Below the pieces are notes generated by a model. The model did not search any database. It was not told the DNA's origin and worked only from the letters and a program-made list of their open reading frames with translations. From Planctomycetota bacterium (lineage in GTDB: Bacteria > Planctomycetota > Brocadiia > Brocadiales > Bathyanammoxibiaceae): 64,000 nucleotides of DNA. The stretch is from assembly GCA_023261505.1 (NCBI GenBank), contig JAHFOV010000002.1, positions 14,136 through 78,135 on the forward strand, given 5' to 3'. The position numbers and the translations under genes are program-made. Shown one piece after another: positions 1 to 9,990 of the stretch; positions within the stretch are counted from its first letter, which is position 1, and each line of letters starts with the position of its first letter.

Positions 1-149
1 GAATCTAAAGACGAGACCCTTCGCTACGCTCAGGGTGACAACCTCCTGGCAATCAAAATTCCAATTGGGGGTGGTAAGGGGGAAGTTCCCCTTACATGGT
101 TTTATCCATTTTTATAAAAGATAAAATCATTTATAATTTATTTTAACAA

Positions 150-1286
150 ATGTCTCCCAAAATAAAAAATCTCCTCCCCCCAGGTAATTACTTCTTTGAA
201 GGCAATCAGGCCTGTGCTGAGGCGGCGCTTGCGGCCGGGTGCAGGTTCTTCGCAGGCTATCCTATCTCCCCGTCTAGTGAGATACTTGAGAGGCTCTCCT
301 GGCGGCTCCCAGAGGTGGGAGGGGTGTTCATCCAGATGGAGGATGAGATCGCCTCCATTGCGGCAGTAATCGGGGCGGTGTGGGCAGGGGCTAAGGCAAT
401 GACGGCCACTAGCGGGCCGGGCCTCAGCCTAATGCTAGAAAATATTGGCTACGCTATCATTACGGAGACTCCCTGCGTCGTAGTCGACGTCCAGAGGGCC
501 GGCCCTTCCACAGGACAGGCTACCAGACCCTACGATGGGGATATTATGCAGGTCAAGTGGGGTTCAAGTGGGGATTATCAGATTATTGCCCTCGCCCCCT
601 GGTCTGTTCAGGAGATGTACGACCTCACCATTCAGGCCTTCAACCTGGCAGAACTATATCGGGTGCCTGTCTTTGTTATGGGTGATGCGGCCTTGGCCCA
701 CCTGAGGGAGAGTTGCCGTATTCCCGAAGAGGTGGAGATAGTGGGGCGTAAAAAGGCAAGCGGCGTTGCTCATTTTGGGACCGATGAGCTTTCTGGTGTA
801 CCCCCAATGGCCAGCTTCGGAGAGGGGGAGGGGTTAATTATCACTGGTTCCACGCACGATGCCCTCGGCTACCGCAGAACCCAGGACTCCGATATACAAC
901 AAAAATTAGTGAACAGGCTTAACGAGAAGATTCTTTCTAACGTGGGCGAGATTATAGAAACAGAGGAATATTTCTTGGAAGGGGCCGATGTGGCGGTGGT
1001 CGCTTATGGGATAGTGGCCAGGGCAGCCCTGGCCGCAGTCAAGGAGGCCCGCCTGAGGGGGATAAAGATAGGATTGCTCAGGCTCAAGACCCTCTGGCCC
1101 TTCCCCGAGGAAAAAATAAGAGCCTTAGAAGCCAAAAAGATTGTAGTCCCCGAGCTTAACCGGGGTCAACTAGTGCGGGAGGTAGAGAGGGTGGCACAGG
1201 CAGAAGTAATATCTGTGAACAGGGTGGACGGAGAGATTATGAGGCCGGGGGAAATCGTGGAGGCGATAAAAGGGGTTAGGGACTAG
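150..1286 (+). CDS. 2-oxoacid:ferredoxin oxidoreductase, alpha subunit
   Basis: 378-aa ORF. 'GNQACAEAALAAGCRFFAGYPISPSSEI' and 'TATSGPGLSLMLE' are OFOR alpha signatures. Beta and gamma genes follow. Confidence 0.85.
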   Translation: MSPKIKNLLPPGNYFFEGNQACAEAALAAGCRFFAGYPISPSSEILERLSWRLPEVGGVFIQMEDEIASIAAVIGAVWAGAKAMTATSGPGLSLMLENIGYAIITETPCVVVDVQRAGPSTGQATRPYDGDIMQVKWGSSGDYQIIALAPWSVQEMYDLTIQAFNLAELYRVPVFVMGDAALAHLRESCRIPEEVEIVGRKKASGVAHFGTDELSGVPPMASFGEGEGLIITGSTHDALGYRRTQDSDIQQKLVNRLNEKILSNVGEIIETEEYFLEGADVAVVAYGIVARAALAAVKEARLRGIKIGLLRLKTLWPFPEEKIRALEAKKIVVPELNRGQLVREVERVAQAEVISVNRVDGEIMRPGEIVEAIKGVRD

Positions 1287-1322
1287 GGATTAGGGGTTAG
1301 TAGAAAAGATGAAGAGAGCGGA

Positions 1323-2120
1323 ATGAGTGAAAAGAAGGGAAAGGAAATGGAAGCCACCTGGAAAAAATACCTAAGAAAAGAGACCCTGCCCCTACCATTT
1401 TGCCCGGGCTGTGGGCATGGGATAGTGCTTTCTGCTATCCTTAGGGCCATTGAGGCTTCAGGGATAGATATAAAGGACATGCTCTTTGTCTCGGGGATAG
1501 GCTGTGCTGGCTGGATTCCAAGTCCACACATAAGGGCTGATACCATGCACGTTACCCATGGTCGCCCCATAGCCTTTGCCACAGGGGCCAAACTCTTTAA
1601 CCCCAGGCTTAAGGTCATGGTAGTGAGTGGTGACGGAGACCTGGCCTCCATCGGTGGAAATCACCTTATTCATGCGGCAAGGCGGGATATTGATATGGTG
1701 GTGGTGTGTGCCAACAATGAGATATACGGTATGACTGGCGGGCAGGTCTCCCCCACTACCGGACTAGGAGTCAAGACGACAACGACGTTAGCGGGGAATA
1801 TAGAGCCACCACTAGATTTATGTAAGCTGGTGGAGGCGGCCGGGGCAAGCTATGTGGCGAGGTCAACTGTCTTTCATCTGGAACACCTTATTAGTCTTCT
1901 TAAAAGGGCACTAAATCTTAAGGGCTTTTCATTTATAGACGCCTTATCGCCATGCCCTACACAGTATGGAAGGCGGAACCTCTACGCCTCAGCAGCGGAA
2001 CAGTTAAAAGACCTGGAGAAGAGGTGCATCTTGCTGCAAGAGGCCAGCGCTGCACCTCCGGAGACGCTGAAGGATAAGGTTATCATAGGAGAGTTTGTCC
2101 TTAGAGACAGTAAGCAGTAG
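1323..2120 (+). CDS. 2-oxoacid:ferredoxin oxidoreductase, beta (TPP-binding) subunit
   Basis: 'FCPGCGHG' cluster cysteines, 'SGIGC' and the 'VVSGDGDLASIGGNH' TPP motif. Confidence 0.85.
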   Translation: MSEKKGKEMEATWKKYLRKETLPLPFCPGCGHGIVLSAILRAIEASGIDIKDMLFVSGIGCAGWIPSPHIRADTMHVTHGRPIAFATGAKLFNPRLKVMVVSGDGDLASIGGNHLIHAARRDIDMVVVCANNEIYGMTGGQVSPTTGLGVKTTTTLAGNIEPPLDLCKLVEAAGASYVARSTVFHLEHLISLLKRALNLKGFSFIDALSPCPTQYGRRNLYASAAEQLKDLEKRCILLQEASAAPPETLKDKVIIGEFVLRDSKQ

Positions 2121-2200
2121 GTAGTACGCAGTAAGCAGAAAACCCTAGCTTTCCATTTTTACTCCATGGTGCCTAGCCGCTACTGCTTAGTGCTTACTGC
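2109..2200. repeat. family E heptamer-periodic inverted repeat (AGTAnGC)n ... (GCnTACT)n
   Basis: Left arm 'agtaagcagtaggtagtacgcagtaagcag' and right arm 'gctactgcttagtgcttactgc'. Spans the stop codon of the beta subunit. Confidence 0.75.
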
Positions 2201-2218
2201 CCTGTGTTTCTTAAGTAT

Positions 2219-2767
2219 ATGAACGACACAAAAAAGGAGATTAGGATAGCAGGCCTTGGCGGCCAGGGGGTGGTCTTTGCGGCCCAGTTATTGGGTAGGG
2301 CAGGGGTCCTTGAGGGATGGTTTGTCTCTCAGTCCAGTTTCTACGGCCCGGAGTCAAGGGGCACCCTTTGTTATGCGGATGTTATCCTCTCCAGGGAATC
2401 TATAGACTTTCCCTTTGTGACAAGACTTGATATATTAATAGCTTTAAGTCAGGAGGGATACGATAGATTTGCAAAAGATACTGTAGGGTGCACCTTCTTT
2501 GATACAGGGCGGGTAAAACCTGACCTTTCTTTAAAGATGGAGCATTTTTCTGTAACGGCTGAGGAGATGGCACAGAAGGAGTTGGGAAAAAAGATGGCAG
2601 CAAACTTGATAAGCATTGCGGCCTGTTGTGCAAAAACAGGAATAATCTCGAAGGAATTCCTGATAAAGGCTCTGCAAGAGTTAATAGAGGGATCTCAGAG
2701 GCCTGTTAATATTAAGGCCCTGGAACTGGGCTGGGAGTTGGGAATAAAGGCGGTGGCCCATGTTTGA
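2219..2767 (+). CDS. 2-oxoacid:ferredoxin oxidoreductase, gamma subunit
   Basis: 'IRIAGLGGQGV' gamma-subunit motif. The ATG at 2219 is preferred over the GTG at 2204 given in the ORF track. Confidence 0.8.
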   Translation: MNDTKKEIRIAGLGGQGVVFAAQLLGRAGVLEGWFVSQSSFYGPESRGTLCYADVILSRESIDFPFVTRLDILIALSQEGYDRFAKDTVGCTFFDTGRVKPDLSLKMEHFSVTAEEMAQKELGKKMAANLISIAACCAKTGIISKEFLIKALQELIEGSQRPVNIKALELGWELGIKAVAHV

Positions 2768-4091
2768 GAAATTTCCTTTGATAAAGGTAAAGCCTCCGGG
2801 ACCGGAGGCCAGGGTTCTACTAGAAAAGGATGCAAAATATATCTCGCCGTCCTCGAGCAGGGCCTATCCACTAGTGGTTAAGCGTGCCCAGGGGGCCATG
2901 GTGGAGGATGTGGACGGGAATCGTTATCTGGATTTTACTGCTGGTGTGGCAGTTACTAACACATGCCATTGTTCTCCTGAGGTGGTGAAGGCAATCTGCG
3001 ACCAGGCGAGGGAACTTTTGCACATGTCCGGCGCAGATTTCTTTAATCCATTACAGATAGAATTGGCCGAAAAACTTAGCGAACTTTGCCCTAGCCCATC
3101 TCCTAAGCGGGTATTCTTTAGTAACTCGGGGGCAGAGTCTGTCGAGGCTGCCATAAAGCTAGTCAGACACCGTACAGGGCGTCCTTACATCATTGCCTTT
3201 ACTGGCGCCTTTCATGGGCGTACCATGGGTGCGCTCTCCATTACTGCAAGCAGGCCCATACACAAGAAGGGTTTCTCACCGCTGGTTCCTGGAGTAATCC
3301 ATGTCCCTTATGCCTACTGCTACCGATGCCCTTATGGGGTAGCTCACCCAAGGGAGGAACTGGCCTGCGTAGAGTGGATAGAGGAAGAATTATTTAAAAC
3401 CTATGTGCCACCTGAAGAGGTGGCTGCAGTATTTGTTGAACCTATCCAGGGGGAAGGGGGTTACATAGTCCCACCAAAGGCCTTTCTGAAGGATTTGTCA
3501 GACTTATGCAGGAGGTATGGTATCCTTCTTGTGGCTGACGAGGTGCAATCGGGGATGGGCAGAACTGGGAAGATGTTTGCTATTGAGCACTTTGAGGTAG
3601 AACCGGATGTAATATGCCTGGCCAAGGGTATTGCCTCGGGACTGCCTCTAGGGGCGACCATAGCCCGGCAGGAATTGATGGAATGGCCCCCCGGTTCTCA
3701 TGCTAGCACCTTTGGGGGGAACCCCGTGAGCTGTAAAGCGGCCCTAGCTACACTGGAACTCTTGAAGGGTGGTTTAGTGGCCAATGCGGCAGTTGTGGGA
3801 GATTATCTCTTGAAGGAATTGGAAGGTCTTTACAATAATCATCCAATCATGGGCGAGGTGAGGGGCAAGGGGTTAATGATTGGTATAGAACTGGTAAAGG
3901 ACAGGGATACCAAAGAAAGGGCCTCAGAGGAAAGGGATAAGATTGTGCAGAGGGCCTTTGAGAAGGGGCTTCTCCTATTAGGTTGTGGCAAGAACTCTAT
4001 CCGTTTCGCACCACCCCTGATTATCACCAAAAAGGATGCGGATACTGCGTTAAATATCCTTGAAGAGGTGCTGAGGGAAATAGAGGGATGA
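2760..4091 (+). CDS. class III (GabT-like) PLP aminotransferase
   Basis: 'SNSGAESVEAAIKL', 'DEVQSGMGRTGKMFA' and the PLP-lysine context 'LAKGIASGLPLGA'. The start overlaps the gamma-subunit stop (ATGTTTGA). Confidence 0.85.
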   Translation: MFEKFPLIKVKPPGPEARVLLEKDAKYISPSSSRAYPLVVKRAQGAMVEDVDGNRYLDFTAGVAVTNTCHCSPEVVKAICDQARELLHMSGADFFNPLQIELAEKLSELCPSPSPKRVFFSNSGAESVEAAIKLVRHRTGRPYIIAFTGAFHGRTMGALSITASRPIHKKGFSPLVPGVIHVPYAYCYRCPYGVAHPREELACVEWIEEELFKTYVPPEEVAAVFVEPIQGEGGYIVPPKAFLKDLSDLCRRYGILLVADEVQSGMGRTGKMFAIEHFEVEPDVICLAKGIASGLPLGATIARQELMEWPPGSHASTFGGNPVSCKAALATLELLKGGLVANAAVVGDYLLKELEGLYNNHPIMGEVRGKGLMIGIELVKDRDTKERASEERDKIVQRAFEKGLLLLGCGKNSIRFAPPLIITKKDADTALNILEEVLREIEG

Positions 4092-4702
4092 GAAGTTATT
4101 TCTCTAATAAATACAAACTATCTCTTTTGCTTCTCTGTCTTTTCTTATTCTTAGGGGCTGTGGAGCCTGAGGAGGGTCTCTTTGAGAAAATGGTTATAGA
4201 CAAACTTACCTCTCTGGAATCCAGCCTTAAGGAATTGACCAATAGAGTAGAAGATATAGAACGACGGCTGTCAAGGGTAGAAAAGAACCTCATTGCTGTA
4301 AGGGCCCCCAGCCCCGTCGCTCCCCTCACTTCGCAAGGGGAGGGGGCTACTGAACCTTCGTCAGGAATGACTGTGCCACCTCAGGAGCCGCCTAAGAAAA
4401 GACTTAAGTCCTCAGTTCCTAAGGAGAAAGAGATAGCTGATGGATTGAAAGTTGTAGATGTTGACTACTATGGCACAGGGAAGAATACCTTTTTTAAGGG
4501 AGAAATAGAAAATAACACGGGGGATGACATTGTATACGCCTTATTCAAGATAGAGGTGTATGGGGAGCAGGGAGATTTGCTGGGCATTGAGTCCTTTGAA
4601 GTCAAGGATATAAAAAGGGCATGGCCTAAGAAGTTTACATTGACTATATATCATGTTGAGGATGACACTATAGCTGATTACTCAATTAAGCGGCTCAAAT
4701 GA
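4088..4702 (+). CDS. hypothetical membrane-anchored coiled-coil protein
   Basis: Hydrophobic N-terminus 'LSLLLLCLFLFLGA', a heptad-like segment and a Pro-rich linker. ATGA overlap with the upstream gene. I recognise no family. Confidence 0.5.
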   Translation: MRSYFSNKYKLSLLLLCLFLFLGAVEPEEGLFEKMVIDKLTSLESSLKELTNRVEDIERRLSRVEKNLIAVRAPSPVAPLTSQGEGATEPSSGMTVPPQEPPKKRLKSSVPKEKEIADGLKVVDVDYYGTGKNTFFKGEIENNTGDDIVYALFKIEVYGEQGDLLGIESFEVKDIKRAWPKKFTLTIYHVEDDTIADYSIKRLK

Positions 4703-4754
4703 TAATTGAGGTTTTAATCAGCTTCGGGCGGATTGAGACGCCGCAGGCGACGCA

Positions 4755-4861
4755 GTCATTGCGAGAGACAAAGTCCCGAAGTCACGCCAAAGGCGGATTC
4801 GTCTTTGGCGAACAATCTCATTCTGTTTTGGGAGATTGCTTCGCTCCACGCGCAATGACAG
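4755..4861. repeat. family A palindromic repeat (GTCATTGCGAG...GAAGCAATC / GATTGCTTCG...CGCAATGAC arms)
   Basis: Left arm at 4755-4783, right arm at 4831-4861 and an inner hairpin 'cgccaaaggcggattcgtctttggcg'. Confidence 0.8.
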
Positions 4862-4946
4862 CTTCTTTTCCTTGACTGATCGGAATGACATGAACTATTA
4901 GCCTGACTTTTGCATCTATACAGGTCACCGCCCAATTGATTTGCAT

Positions 4947-5717
4947 TTACCTGTTCTTAAAGCTCGGTGGCCGTTTTTCCAGAAAGGCCCTTATCCCTTC
5001 CTGGCTATCCTCCGTGAGAAAGGATCTGCTGAAAAGTTTTGTTTCTAATTCCAGCCCCTCTGCTAACGGCCTGGGTAGACCCCATTCCACGGCCTCGATA
5101 ATTAGGCCCATGGCAATCGCAGGCTTTCCGTGTAGCCTTTTGGCGAGGAATTTCGTTTCTTCCAGGAGTATCATGGGTTTGGTTACGTGATTAATGAGGC
5201 CGATGGCCTTGGCCTCTTCAGCAGTAAGCGGTTCTCCTGTCAGGAGCATTTCCAGGGCCCTGCCCTTTCCAATTAATCGGGGGAGTCTTTGAGTGGCACC
5301 CGCTCCTGGGATTATTCCGAGATTTATCTCTGGCTGTCCAAGTTTCACGGCCTCTGCGGCTATCCTTATGTGGCAGGCCATAGCTAGCTCCAACCCTCCT
5401 CCAAGGCAGTGGCCGTTTATGGAAGCAATAACAGGGATAGGGCTAAGTTCTATCCTCCTGAGTATCTCGTGATATTGCTGGGCAAACCGCATTACCTCCT
5501 GCACAGAGCTGAACTGGGCCAGTTCTTTTATGTCTGCCCCGGCGCTAAAGAAGTTGCCAGTACCTGTGATAATTATCACCTTGGCCCCTTTCAGTTCCGC
5601 AAGGGCCTTGTCTAGTTCCAACATCGCCTGGCGGGAGAGGGCGTTTACAGGAGGATGATTAATCCTTAGTAGGGCAATCTCTTCTTCTACACTCATTGTA
5701 ATAGCTGGTTCTGCCAT
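4947..5717 (-). CDS. enoyl-CoA hydratase/isomerase (crotonase) family protein
   Basis: 'FSAGADIKE' and 'INGHCLGGGLELAMACHIRIA' crotonase oxyanion-hole motifs. Confidence 0.8.
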   Translation of the reverse strand: MAEPAITMSVEEEIALLRINHPPVNALSRQAMLELDKALAELKGAKVIIITGTGNFFSAGADIKELAQFSSVQEVMRFAQQYHEILRRIELSPIPVIASINGHCLGGGLELAMACHIRIAAEAVKLGQPEINLGIIPGAGATQRLPRLIGKGRALEMLLTGEPLTAEEAKAIGLINHVTKPMILLEETKFLAKRLHGKPAIAMGLIIEAVEWGLPRPLAEGLELETKLFSRSFLTEDSQEGIRAFLEKRPPSFKNR

Positions 5718-5757
5718 TGGTTCCTCCGCATTGGTAGGGCAGGTGTAAAACCTGCCC

Positions 5758-6603
5758 CTACAATAAAGATATCCCTTTTTCCAAGGTAAACTTTCCGTCT
5801 ATTCTTGTAATATAACCAGCCTCCACTCTTGGGTCATGTTGAAAAATCACCAGCCATTTCTCCTCTAACGCCTGCTCCAGTAGCCGCCTTTTTTCCTCCA
5901 GACTCTCCAGAGGGTATAGGTCGTAGGATTCGATGTAGGGGAGGTGAAGATGGCTTGCTGTAGGTATAAGGTCAGCCGGGAAGAGGGCTACCTGGCCATT
6001 GGATTCTATCTTTATGCATTGATGGAACCGGGTATGGCCCCCGGTCCTTAAAAGTGTAATACCCTTCTCTATCTCCAGTTCTTTCTCCTCAATGAGTTCC
6101 AGCTGGCCGGTATCTCCCAGGGGGAGGAAATCCTCTTTTATATAGGAGGCACGCGTACGCTCATTAGGGCTGACTGCGTTCTCCCACTCTCCCTTCTGAA
6201 TAATATACTTGGCCTTCGAGAAGCAGGGCCTGATACGGCCCTCCCAGGAGAAGGTATTGCCACCGGCATGGTCCCAGTGGAGGTGGGTGTTTATCACTAT
6301 GTCTATATCATGAAAGGTCAGGCCATATTGGGCCAGGGAGTTCTCAAGGGGTGGGTTTCTTTCAATTCCGTAGATTTGACGGACTTTTTCATCCAATTTA
6401 TTTCCTATACCTGTATCTATAAGGATATTTCGTTTGCCGGTCTGGATAAGGAGGCATCCCAGGGCGACGGTAATGCGATTTTTCTCATCGGGAGGGTAAA
6501 GCTTCTCCCATAGTACCCTTGGCACCACCCCAAACATGGCCCCCCCATCAAGGCGGTATAGCCCATCAGTACAGTAATGAAGCAAGAAACTGCCCAGTTT
6601 CAT
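5758..6603 (-). CDS. MBL-fold metallo-hydrolase
   Basis: 'NTHLHWDHAGG' (HxHxDH) metallo-beta-lactamase motif. Confidence 0.75.
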   Translation of the reverse strand: MKLGSFLLHYCTDGLYRLDGGAMFGVVPRVLWEKLYPPDEKNRITVALGCLLIQTGKRNILIDTGIGNKLDEKVRQIYGIERNPPLENSLAQYGLTFHDIDIVINTHLHWDHAGGNTFSWEGRIRPCFSKAKYIIQKGEWENAVSPNERTRASYIKEDFLPLGDTGQLELIEEKELEIEKGITLLRTGGHTRFHQCIKIESNGQVALFPADLIPTASHLHLPYIESYDLYPLESLEEKRRLLEQALEEKWLVIFQHDPRVEAGYITRIDGKFTLEKGISLL

Positions 6604-6689
6604 GATAATGAATTCTATCCCTTCGCTTCGCTCAGGACAAGGCTGGTTTCTCTTTTATTTAATTGAACCTTTGGGGTAAGGTATTTTAG

Positions 6690-7664
6690 CTATTTCTCTA
6701 CTGGCAGCGTGTCTTTATTGCCCCATTCGTTCCAGGAGGGATAATAAAGACGTACCTTGTCATAGCCCAAAAGACGTAATACAAAATAGGTGTGGGATGC
6801 TCTAATGCCAGCCTGACAATAAGGTACAATGGTCTTGTCTTTTGTAACTCCCACGCCCTCTAGCAGATTTCTTAACTCCTCATAAGTCTTGAAGGTCTCG
6901 GTAGTGGGGTTTATGGCATTGCTCCATTCCAGGAGGATAGCTCCGGGGATGTGCCCGACCCGCTTGGATAGTCTTGCCGTTCCAGTGTACTCAGCCTTTG
7001 AGCGTGCATCCAGGAGGATTACCTGAGGATTTCCTAATGTCTTCAAAACCCATACCGCATCTGTAGCTACTTCTGGTTTAATTTGGGCCTTAAAGGAACG
7101 CGCCTCCACCCTGGGTATATCAATTGAGAGGGGGCGGGCTTCACTTCTCCATTTAGCGATGCCACCATTAAGAAGGGCTACCTTATTGTGGCCCAGCAGT
7201 TCCAGGGCCCAGAAAAACTGGGCGGCATAAAGGCCCTGGGCATCATCATACATCACTACCATTGTGTCGTTCCCTATGCTAGCATTTCTTATTATAATCT
7301 CGGCAAGTTCTACGTTGGTTTCACCTGCCTCCGGTCCCCAGGAGGCGCAGTATTCCGCAATATTTTCCGGCTCTTTTGCCCCTTGGTTTGCCTGAGGCAG
7401 ATAAACCTTTTTGGAGACCCCTTTAATTGCAGATACTATTTCGTCTAAATCTAGATATACGGCCCCTGGAATATGCCCCTGGAGATAGGCGTCTCTAGAT
7501 CCCTGCATATCAATAATACGCAGGTCGGTATCATGCAGGTGTGTGGCAAGCCAGTCTGTCTCTACCAGTATGTTGGAGTTAGGATACGAACCTGCCAGGC
7601 TCTCTCCTAGATAAAAGAGCGTCAGTGTCACAAATACTTGAAATACATTAAAAAGCATTTTCAT
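6690..7664 (-). CDS. secreted two-domain rhodanese (thiosulfate/3-mercaptopyruvate sulfurtransferase-like)
   Basis: Active-site loop 'CQAGIRASH' in the C-terminal rhodanese domain. Signal-like 'MKMLFNVFQVFVTLTLFYL'. ATG at 7664 is preceded by AAGGAAAGGA. Confidence 0.75.
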   Translation of the reverse strand: MKMLFNVFQVFVTLTLFYLGESLAGSYPNSNILVETDWLATHLHDTDLRIIDMQGSRDAYLQGHIPGAVYLDLDEIVSAIKGVSKKVYLPQANQGAKEPENIAEYCASWGPEAGETNVELAEIIIRNASIGNDTMVVMYDDAQGLYAAQFFWALELLGHNKVALLNGGIAKWRSEARPLSIDIPRVEARSFKAQIKPEVATDAVWVLKTLGNPQVILLDARSKAEYTGTARLSKRVGHIPGAILLEWSNAINPTTETFKTYEELRNLLEGVGVTKDKTIVPYCQAGIRASHTYFVLRLLGYDKVRLYYPSWNEWGNKDTLPVEK

Positions 7665-7725
7665 AATAATTTTCCTTTCCTTAGAAGGATTCTGAAATCT
7701 CTGAAAATGCAATGGAACCCAAATT

Positions 7726-7749
7726 CCCTCCCCCTTGATGGGGGGAGGG
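7726..7749 (-). terminator. GC hairpin downstream of the PstS-like gene
   Basis: 'ccctccccc-ttgatg-gggggaggg' (family D-like). Lies 30 nt beyond the stop at 7780. Confidence 0.45.
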
Positions 7750-7779
7750 AAGGGGCGGTAAGTATTAAAAGATCCTCAG

Positions 7780-8616
7780 TTATTTTGATAACATTACCGG
7801 GATATGCTTCAGGCTAGACACTATTGTCTGCCCTTCGGGACTCAGGGCAAAGTTGATAAACTCCTTTACCTTGCCTACAGACTCACCCAGCGTAATGAGG
7901 TTGTAATCCTCATATAGTTTGTACTCGGATGGAAAGGTCTTTTCGCTGGGAAGATATCCATCTACGGCCAAAACCCTGACCTTAGAAGATTCATAGCCAT
8001 AAAGGGTCTGTCCAATGGCAGCAATGTCCTCTTCCACAAGTCTGTTGGTGTCCTCTACAGCATTCACCCTTACAAAAGGAAAGACTTTTCGTGTTTCTAT
8101 GGTTTCTCCGTAGTGGCAAACCTGATTAGACAGGGTTGTCATGACGCACGGTTCGAGCATCACCAGCTTTATTGGAAGGTCTTTACCTCCGACTTCCTTC
8201 CAGTTATTAATCTCTCCTGAGAATATCTTTTTTAGTTGTTCTAAAGAGAGATTGTTTACCTTGTTCTTTTTATTCACAATCAGGACAATCGGGGCCTTAG
8301 CTAGCACTACTTTGCTACAACCTGCAGGGGCTTCTGCCATATTTTGTGTACTAACACCAACGCTTACTTCACCAGCGGTTACCTTTTTTACGCCACTCAT
8401 GCAAGGCCCCGAAGCTATGCTAAAGTACGTATTGGTCCGCTTGGCAAAAGCCTCTGCCAGTTTTTTCGTTAGTGGAAGGGTGCATGGATCTACTGCAATG
8501 CTGATTATGTCAGCAGCCGAGACAGGCATGGTCAAAAACAGGAAAAGAATCACACCCAAAAGCCCTCTGGCCACCATAAGTACTACGTTAGATTTTTCAG
8601 AGAAATAACCGAACAT
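7780..8616 (-). CDS. PstS-like (PBP-like 2) periplasmic substrate-binding protein
   Basis: 'LSLEQLKKIFSGEINNWKEVGG' is typical of the phosphate-binding-protein-like family. Signal peptide and a strong SD (GGAAAGGAGGAG). Confidence 0.6.
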   Translation of the reverse strand: MFGYFSEKSNVVLMVARGLLGVILFLFLTMPVSAADIISIAVDPCTLPLTKKLAEAFAKRTNTYFSIASGPCMSGVKKVTAGEVSVGVSTQNMAEAPAGCSKVVLAKAPIVLIVNKKNKVNNLSLEQLKKIFSGEINNWKEVGGKDLPIKLVMLEPCVMTTLSNQVCHYGETIETRKVFPFVRVNAVEDTNRLVEEDIAAIGQTLYGYESSKVRVLAVDGYLPSEKTFPSEYKLYEDYNLITLGESVGKVKEFINFALSPEGQTIVSSLKHIPVMLSK

Positions 8617-8655
8617 TCTGTCTCCTCCTTTCCAAGAGAAATGTTTGTAAGATTT

Positions 8656-9687
8656 CTATAGGTCTTTAAAACTAAACTCTAGCTCCATTTCCTCATGGGG
8701 AATACCGTCCACCTCCACATAAGGATAGATAAAGTAATTCAGGGGTTCACCCTTCTGTCTGGGGACTAACCATATATCTCTTCCAGTGGTGAACTTCACC
8801 CGATTGGTGTCATGGGCCCCGAAAAAGTATTCTCTTTTAGAGGGATTTTTATATGCCTCTGAGGCATCTATAGGCACCCAGCCCTTTTCTTTCAGGTAGA
8901 AATGGGCCCAGCAGTGGTAGCCACTGACGATTCCCTCTTTTTTATCCTGGGATATGGGGAAACCAATCTCAAAGACAGCAGGAGTGCCGAGGGTCTGGGC
9001 CAGGGCAATGAAAAGTGCATGATAGTCAGTACAGTTGCCATATCGTGCACTGCACGCCCAGCGGGTATCACCCCTACCCCAGCCCGTACCTTCCTTTTTA
9101 TACTCCATGTTATTCAGGACGTAATTATAGGCCTCGTGCATCTGGCTTTGTGAATCTCTCCGTGTATTTCTTATCCGAGTCGCTATATCTTCTACTTCAG
9201 GGATAATCGCCCCGAGGCGGGAGGGCTGTAAGAATTGGATTGCCTTTTCATGTGGGAACTCGGGGTCTACCTCCTTGCGATCCTCGTAACGAGTGGCCCT
9301 GAATCTCATTTCCAGGTCAATTTCCTGGGGTAGGGCACCTCGAAGTTCAAAAAACGCTATCTCATTGTTGTAAACAGGTTCTTTGTGCAGGGTATAGGCA
9401 GAGGGGGCCTTAATCTCCATAAAAGATATCTTTTGGTTATCATCGGATTGTGGTATGGGGAACCAAACCCTTATCTCCCTGGGTTGCAAGGCCACTCCCG
9501 TCCTTTGTGGCAGATGGTTAATCTTTGCAGAGTACACGAATTCAAAGCTCCTCTTCGGTCTCGTGTCTTCAAGAGCCTGTTTCTGCTGATTTACAATGGG
9601 CGCGGTCCCGCCACCTGTACACCCAGACATTACAGGGGCGATAAGAAGCAACAGAAAAGATATACAAATGGGTCTAAATCTGGTCAT
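8656..9687 (-). CDS. transglutaminase-like cysteine protease-fold lipoprotein
   Basis: Cys-His-Asp core 'GNCTDYHALF', 'YHCWAHFY', 'PIDASE'. Lipobox 'VMSGC'. The ATG at 9687 is preferred because the longer ORF runs through a repeat. Confidence 0.7.
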   Translation of the reverse strand: MTRFRPICISFLLLLIAPVMSGCTGGGTAPIVNQQKQALEDTRPKRSFEFVYSAKINHLPQRTGVALQPREIRVWFPIPQSDDNQKISFMEIKAPSAYTLHKEPVYNNEIAFFELRGALPQEIDLEMRFRATRYEDRKEVDPEFPHEKAIQFLQPSRLGAIIPEVEDIATRIRNTRRDSQSQMHEAYNYVLNNMEYKKEGTGWGRGDTRWACSARYGNCTDYHALFIALAQTLGTPAVFEIGFPISQDKKEGIVSGYHCWAHFYLKEKGWVPIDASEAYKNPSKREYFFGAHDTNRVKFTTGRDIWLVPRQKGEPLNYFIYPYVEVDGIPHEEMELEFSFKDL

Positions 9688-9877
9688 AGTTTTATTTAAA
9701 ATGTGTTTTTGAAATGCAGCGTGCGACCTTGTGTCGCACGAATGTGCTGTAGATACGTGCCAGGCAAGCCATGCCTGAGGCAGATCCGCCAAAGGCGTTA
9801 CTGGCACGCTACAATTCCCCTGAACCAGGGGACTAGGAAAGAATTCAGGTAAAACCTTTGGAGGAAAAGGTGGGGGG

Positions 9878-9944
9878 AGTAAGCAGTAAGGAGTAAGCAG
9901 TATGCAGCAAACAGCCTGCTGTACAGTGCCTACTGCTTATTGCT
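9878..9944. repeat. family E heptamer-periodic inverted repeat
   Basis: 'agtaagcagtaaggagtaagcagtatgcagcaaacag ... gcctactgcttattgct'. Confidence 0.75.
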
Positions 9945-9990
9945 GGGCATTGCGATATTTCTTTGAAGAAATAGGGGGATTTCATGGCTG

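Noticed and set aside
132-150. A TATAAT box at 132-137, only about 12 nt before the ATG at 150 with no SD, could indicate a leaderless OFOR mRNA.
   Set aside because: No convincing -35 element lies at the right spacing and the region is generally A+T-rich. The evidence is too weak to call.
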